Of a stretch of 64,000 nucleotides of DNA, positions 59,807 through 64,000 are shown piece by piece. The stretch spans positions 32,001 to 96,000 of the forward strand of contig JBGARZ010000018.1 of assembly GCA_044229975.1 (NCBI GenBank), written 5' to 3'. The stretch comes from Polyangiales bacterium (GTDB lineage Bacteria > Myxococcota_A > Polyangia > Polyangiales > Ga0077539). The notes under the pieces were generated by a model, which saw nothing but the letters and a program-made list of their open reading frames with translations, had not been told where the DNA came from and did no database searches. The stretch's first letter is position 1; every line of letters starts with the position of its first letter. The position numbers were made by a program, and so were the translations under genes.

Positions 59807-62412
59807 CGCACCTCCCTGCGTGCCCGCTCGCCTACGGCGATGCCGCCCAACGATCCGTCCTCGCGCGCCACCACGCGCAGCGTCTCGCCCTCGGTCACGA
59901 CGTCCATCGCGCGGACACAGGTGGCGGTCGGCGTCACCTCCAGCGTCGCGTGTTCCTCGGCGCCGCCGTCGTGCTCGACGCGCGCGGGCCACGTCGTCAG
60001 CCGGTCCGGCAGCGTGAGCTGGAAAGCGTCCGGGTCGGGCGGTCCCGCGCACACCGTCACGACGGCGTCGGGGTTCCAGCGCACCTCGACGGGGTTCGCC
60101 GCCGTCGTCGGGCGTACGGGCAGGAAGCTCCACCAGCCTTCGGGCACGAGCACGGCCCCGCCCGCGTGCTCGCCTCGCCGCGCGATCGCGGTCGGCCCCG
60201 CATACGACTCCTCGTCCAACCCGCCCTCCCGGAAGTGCCCGCTGCGGACACGGGCAACCGCGCCGCCTGCTGGCAGATCGAGGACAAAGACCTGGTCCAT
60301 ATCGCTACCGCCGGGCGAGCCGAGCACGAAGATCCCATCGCCCTGGAGCCACGGGCGGAAGTTCGGGAAGAACATGGGCACGGGTGCCCTCGCCGTCGTC
60401 GCGCGCGTCGCGCCGGTCGTCACCCGGAAGGCGCGACCGTCGACCATCGGGGCAGGCCTTTCGCTCAGGGAGAAGGTGAGATGACCCCGGCCCATCGATA
60501 GGGGTGCCAGGAAGGTCGGCTCATGCGGGCCACGGGGGCGGGCCGGCAGGGGCCGCCTGAAGTCGGCAGTGACGAAGTAGTCGACCCACACGTTCGAGAC
60601 TGACCCGACGACGATGTCCTCCGGCGTGACGGCCCGCCACGCGAAGCTCGCGCGGCGACCCGGACCCGCGGCGCGCCCGGGCTCGCGCCAGATCGCACCC
60701 CTCGCCTCGCCGTCAACGGTTCGGGTCGCGAAGGTCGCCGCACGAACGCCCGCGGGCACGACCGGCCGCAGCGGCGGCAACGCGCTGGGGCGTCCCACGG
60801 TTTCGCACCGGAATCGCGGCACTCGCGCACCGACGCCCTCGACCCGTGCCAAGAGTTCCCGGCTCGTGGGTCGCGAAGCAATCACGCCGACGTTCTCGTC
60901 CGGCACGGAGGCATCGTTGGCTCGCGCGACCCCGGCGTCCACGGGCGGCGGCTGGAGGCGTGCAGCCAGCGCGCGACGCGGCGAGGGATCCAGGGGTCCC
61001 CACCCACGTACGAACAGCCGTGAGCCCACCATGCAACGGGCCGCCGTGCATGTCCCCGGGATGGCGTGCCATGGATCGTCGCGCGACGGTCGGCGCCTGT
61101 TTGATTCGCCATCAAACGACGGCCGGTCGTCGCGGGGAGCGGGGAGTGCCGCCGCGACGTCTCCGTCGATCGCCAGCGGAACTTCCTCCCAATGCGCACC
61201 ACCATCGAGGGTTCGGACGAGGCGGTACGGCGGCGACGACCACGCGAGCCCGCGCCGCGCGTCGGCGAACGCGACGTGCTCGGTCCCGGCGGGAATGTCG
61301 CCCGAGACGGTGGTCCCGCTGGACCGGACGACGAAGACGCTCGGCGCGGCGTCGCCCACCGCGAGCCGCGCCGTGAGCAGGCCCCAGGGCGTGCGCGAGG
61401 CGTCGACAATCTCCAGACCGGGGCGGGCCGCACGCAGGATCGCGAGCTCGTCCTCGGAGGGCCCCGACGCCTCGTCACGTTGCCAGCACGTCCCGGCATC
61501 AAGGTCGCGACAGGAAGCCGCGGCGATCTCCCTCCCCGTCGAGAGCTCGAAGGTGAGGAGCGTCTGCCGCCACACGAACCAGGCCGTCGTCGGGTCGCTC
61601 GACTTCGATCCCAGCGCGTCGAGCCAAAGCGGATCGTGCCTCACCGCCGCGAGCCGGAGCGCATCGAACGAGAGCACTTCCGCGGCGAACGGCTCCGCGG
61701 GTTCCCGCTCGCGCGCGCCGGCGGATCCACCGGCGTCCGTCCCTTCGCCGCCAAACGCGCAGGCCGTCATCTCCAGGACCTCCCACGCACGCTCCCCTGG
61801 CGGCACGGTGGTCCACGTCCGGCCCGCGTCTCGGGTGCACTGGAGCGTCGACCCGGCGATCAGCGCGCCGCCGCGACGCCCGTCGATGAACTCGATGTCG
61901 TCGACCGGGCCGGGCGCGAGCCCAGTCACGCGCTGGAAGGTCCCTCCATCGCTGGACCACGCGACCCGGTCGCGGTCGACAACGGCCATGCGCCCCTCGC
62001 GACGCTGCACCACTCCATCGTCGACGCTGAACAGCAGATGGCGCTGCGGGAAATCCCCAACCCGCTGGAGCGGGCCGGTGAACGTCGGGCTGAACGCGGC
62101 CACGCCGTCGCGTGCCAGGAAGAGCCACCCTCCTGGCACCCTGGCCACCTGTCGGATCGCCGATGCGAACGCCTCGTCCGCGAACTCGACCTCGTCCTCC
62201 AGGGCGCGCAGCCTTCGCCCGTGGAAGACCACGTCCGTCCACCCGCCGGGCTCGTCAGCGACCCGCTCGAAGTCGCCTCTCGGAACCCACTCGACACGCG
62301 CCAACGAGAGCGACGTGCCGACGCCCACCGAGGCGCGCGGTCGCTCGCGAGAAGCGCACGCAAGGCCCGCGAGGATCAGGGCGGACCAAGGGCGCGGGGT
62401 GTTCGCCGACAC
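59791..62412 (-). CDS. Family A lipoprotein A4 (873 aa, most divergent)
   Basis: GLAC lipobox; FTGPL, GRMAVVDR..AWSSDGG, TRDAGRTW, TLDGGAHW, GWGP; TACCGT 7 nt before the GTG. Confidence 0.88.
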   Translation of the reverse strand: MSANTPRPWSALILAGLACASRERPRASVGVGTSLSLARVEWVPRGDFERVADEPGGWTDVVFHGRRLRALEDEVEFADEAFASAIRQVARVPGGWLFLARDGVAAFSPTFTGPLQRVGDFPQRHLLFSVDDGVVQRREGRMAVVDRDRVAWSSDGGTFQRVTGLAPGPVDDIEFIDGRRGGALIAGSTLQCTRDAGRTWTTVPPGERAWEVLEMTACAFGGEGTDAGGSAGAREREPAEPFAAEVLSFDALRLAAVRHDPLWLDALGSKSSDPTTAWFVWRQTLLTFELSTGREIAAASCRDLDAGTCWQRDEASGPSEDELAILRAARPGLEIVDASRTPWGLLTARLAVGDAAPSVFVVRSSGTTVSGDIPAGTEHVAFADARRGLAWSSPPYRLVRTLDGGAHWEEVPLAIDGDVAAALPAPRDDRPSFDGESNRRRPSRDDPWHAIPGTCTAARCMVGSRLFVRGWGPLDPSPRRALAARLQPPPVDAGVARANDASVPDENVGVIASRPTSRELLARVEGVGARVPRFRCETVGRPSALPPLRPVVPAGVRAATFATRTVDGEARGAIWREPGRAAGPGRRASFAWRAVTPEDIVVGSVSNVWVDYFVTADFRRPLPARPRGPHEPTFLAPLSMGRGHLTFSLSERPAPMVDGRAFRVTTGATRATTARAPVPMFFPNFRPWLQGDGIFVLGSPGGSDMDQVFVLDLPAGGAVARVRSGHFREGGLDEESYAGPTAIARRGEHAGGAVLVPEGWWSFLPVRPTTAANPVEVRWNPDAVVTVCAGPPDPDAFQLTLPDRLTTWPARVEHDGGAEEHATLEVTPTATCVRAMDVVTEGETLRVVAREDGSLGGIAVGERARREVRCVVR

Positions 62413-62803
62413 GCTCTCGACGGTACACCGGATGGGCGCCGCCGCATTCTTCCCGAGGCGCCGATGATGCCTCGCGTGCCGGAAGCCGACTCGTTCCGTC
62501 GCTACACCTACGACGAGCGGCTCCCCGCCGACGCGGGGGTCAGATCATCGATCGAGGTCCAGTCGCTGGTCCCATCGCCGTCGACTCGATAGAGGCGGTC
62601 GCCGTCGACCGCGCAGGCAAGAGACCCCTGACAACAGGCTCGGAGGATGCGCCGCCGCAGACCACGAACCGGGCCCCGATGAAGGAGACGACTCGGACGC
62701 ATCTCGCGGCGAGGCCCACCTGGAGGGCTGCCGCCTCCATCGCGTCACGACTGGCGCCCGCAACGACTTCGTCTGATTCCGTGGTCGTGCTTTGATCGCA
62801 CCC

Positions 62804-64000
62804 GTGAGGTCCACCCTATTCCGCGTCTTCGGTTGTGCCGCCATCCTGGTCGTCGCGTCATGCGCGGGACCAGACCCTCTCGTGCACGGGTCTTCCGAAG
62901 ACGCTGCGATCGCCGACGGCGCTGCCGATCTCACCACTCCGACCGCCGACGCCGCGATCGAGGACGGCGTCACAGCGAACGACGCACCGTCGGCCGACGC
63001 CGACCTCCGCGACGCGCTGCCCCCCGACACCGTGAGCGACCGGCCGTTCGACGTCGGCTCGTCCCTCGTCGATGTCGCGGCGCTCGACCTCGCCATCGAC
63101 GAGGGCGCCCCTGACGTTCCCGTCGACCTCGGGGTCGACGCGGCCGTCGACGATCGCGCGGACGGCGGAACCGTCGTGGCCGACGTCACGGCCGACGTCG
63201 CAACGACGGACGCCCCGCGCGACGCTGCGGGGCTCGACCTCCCGGCGGTCGTCGACGTGTCGGCTGCCGACGCGGGCGGGGTCGACGTGGTGACCGTGCC
63301 GGACGTTCCCGTGGACGTGTGCACCCCTCCGCCGGACGTTCCCCGGGCCGACGTGCTGCTGCCCGACGGGGGCATCCCCGACGAGGGCTTCACGATCGAG
63401 CGCGTGACCCGCGGCGGCGCGGGTCTCTGCCCGTGTCGATGCCCGACGGGGACTGTCTGCTCCAGTGCCGGAGTCTGCGAAACCGCCCCCGTCGTCCCCC
63501 GCGCCGTGCGCCCGCTCTCCGGGGTCGTCACCGCCACGCGCCCGCTCTTCCGCTGGGCCCGCCAGGGCGCCGACGGATACGCGACCGTCGAGATCTGCCG
63601 CGACGCCGCCTGCACCGACGTCGTCGCGACGCTCTTCGGCGCCGACGCCGCGCGCCCCGCCGCGGACCTCGCCCCGGGGCACTACTTCTACCGGGTGTTC
63701 GGTCGCGGCCTGCGTGACGGCGCGGTGGTCGACGGTGCGACCGGGTCGCCCGTGCGGGTGTTCTACGTCGGCCACCGCCGCGGCGCGATCGACGGCTCCA
63801 ACGGGCAGGTGCCCGACGTGAACCGCGACGGCACCCCCGACCTCGTGCTCGGCGACCTGCTGCCGGGGTCGCCCACCTACGCGCGCGTCACCGTGGTGCG
63901 GCGCGGGTCGTCCAGCGAGAACCTCACGGGCGGCGGCGTCTTCAACGGCGCCTACGGCGATTTCACCGACCGCTCGTTCGCGTCGATGATCACCAACGCG
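62804..64000 (+). CDS. FG-GAP-repeat lipoprotein, runs off the window end (not in the ORF track)
   Basis: VRSTLFRVFGCAAILVVASC; Asp/Val/Ala-rich linker; RPLFRW, VEICRDAAC, PGHYFYRV, DVNRDGTPDLVLG. Confidence 0.85.
   Translation, partial: MRSTLFRVFGCAAILVVASCAGPDPLVHGSSEDAAIADGAADLTTPTADAAIEDGVTANDAPSADADLRDALPPDTVSDRPFDVGSSLVDVAALDLAIDEGAPDVPVDLGVDAAVDDRADGGTVVADVTADVATTDAPRDAAGLDLPAVVDVSAADAGGVDVVTVPDVPVDVCTPPPDVPRADVLLPDGGIPDEGFTIERVTRGGAGLCPCRCPTGTVCSSAGVCETAPVVPRAVRPLSGVVTATRPLFRWARQGADGYATVEICRDAACTDVVATLFGADAARPAADLAPGHYFYRVFGRGLRDGAVVDGATGSPVRVFYVGHRRGAIDGSNGQVPDVNRDGTPDLVLGDLLPGSPTYARVTVVRRGSSSENLTGGGVFNGAYGDFTDRSFASMITNA

Noticed and set aside
62860..63330. Asp-Val/Asp-Ala periodic repeats
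   Set aside because: Low-complexity linker following a lipobox, not a DNA repeat element
1..64000. Integron cassette array
   Set aside because: Genes are in mixed orientation, with no recurring attC-like sites and no integrase
1..64000. CRISPR array, tRNA, rRNA or intact IS element
   Set aside because: No regularly spaced repeats, RNA gene signatures or transposase ORF seen

Overview
Very GC-rich bacterial DNA. The gene families (multi-domain DsbA, CglB-like VWA lipoprotein, AgmX/PglI C-terminal domain, DUF3160, RCC1 and FG-GAP lipoproteins) suggest Myxococcota/Polyangia, which is an inference. I see no rRNA, tRNA, CRISPR array, transposase, integrase or housekeeping gene. The window is almost entirely an island of exported or lipoprotein genes. 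Its backbone is four copies of a translationally coupled two-gene unit (family A about 870-970 aa, then family B about 880 aa). Both families are Asp-box and Cys-rich lipoproteins, distantly related to each other, and two reduced relatives are also present. Other paralog sets are interleaved (RCC1-like, small Cys-rich family C, SH3-like family D, barrel-like). The spacers hold silent gene fragments: about 94%-identical pieces of A and B genes (one a B/A chimera joined at an 8-bp microhomology), plus serpin, lipoxygenase, RCC1, family D and sigma-4-like remnants, several of which abut the stop codon of an intact gene. About ten genes look leaderless (TAnnnT 5-8 nt before the start). A degenerate ~105-bp non-coding element occurs twice, and a candidate secretion/folding-monitoring leader peptide precedes the triple-domain DsbA. 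All product calls come from motif recognition by eye; no database search was run.
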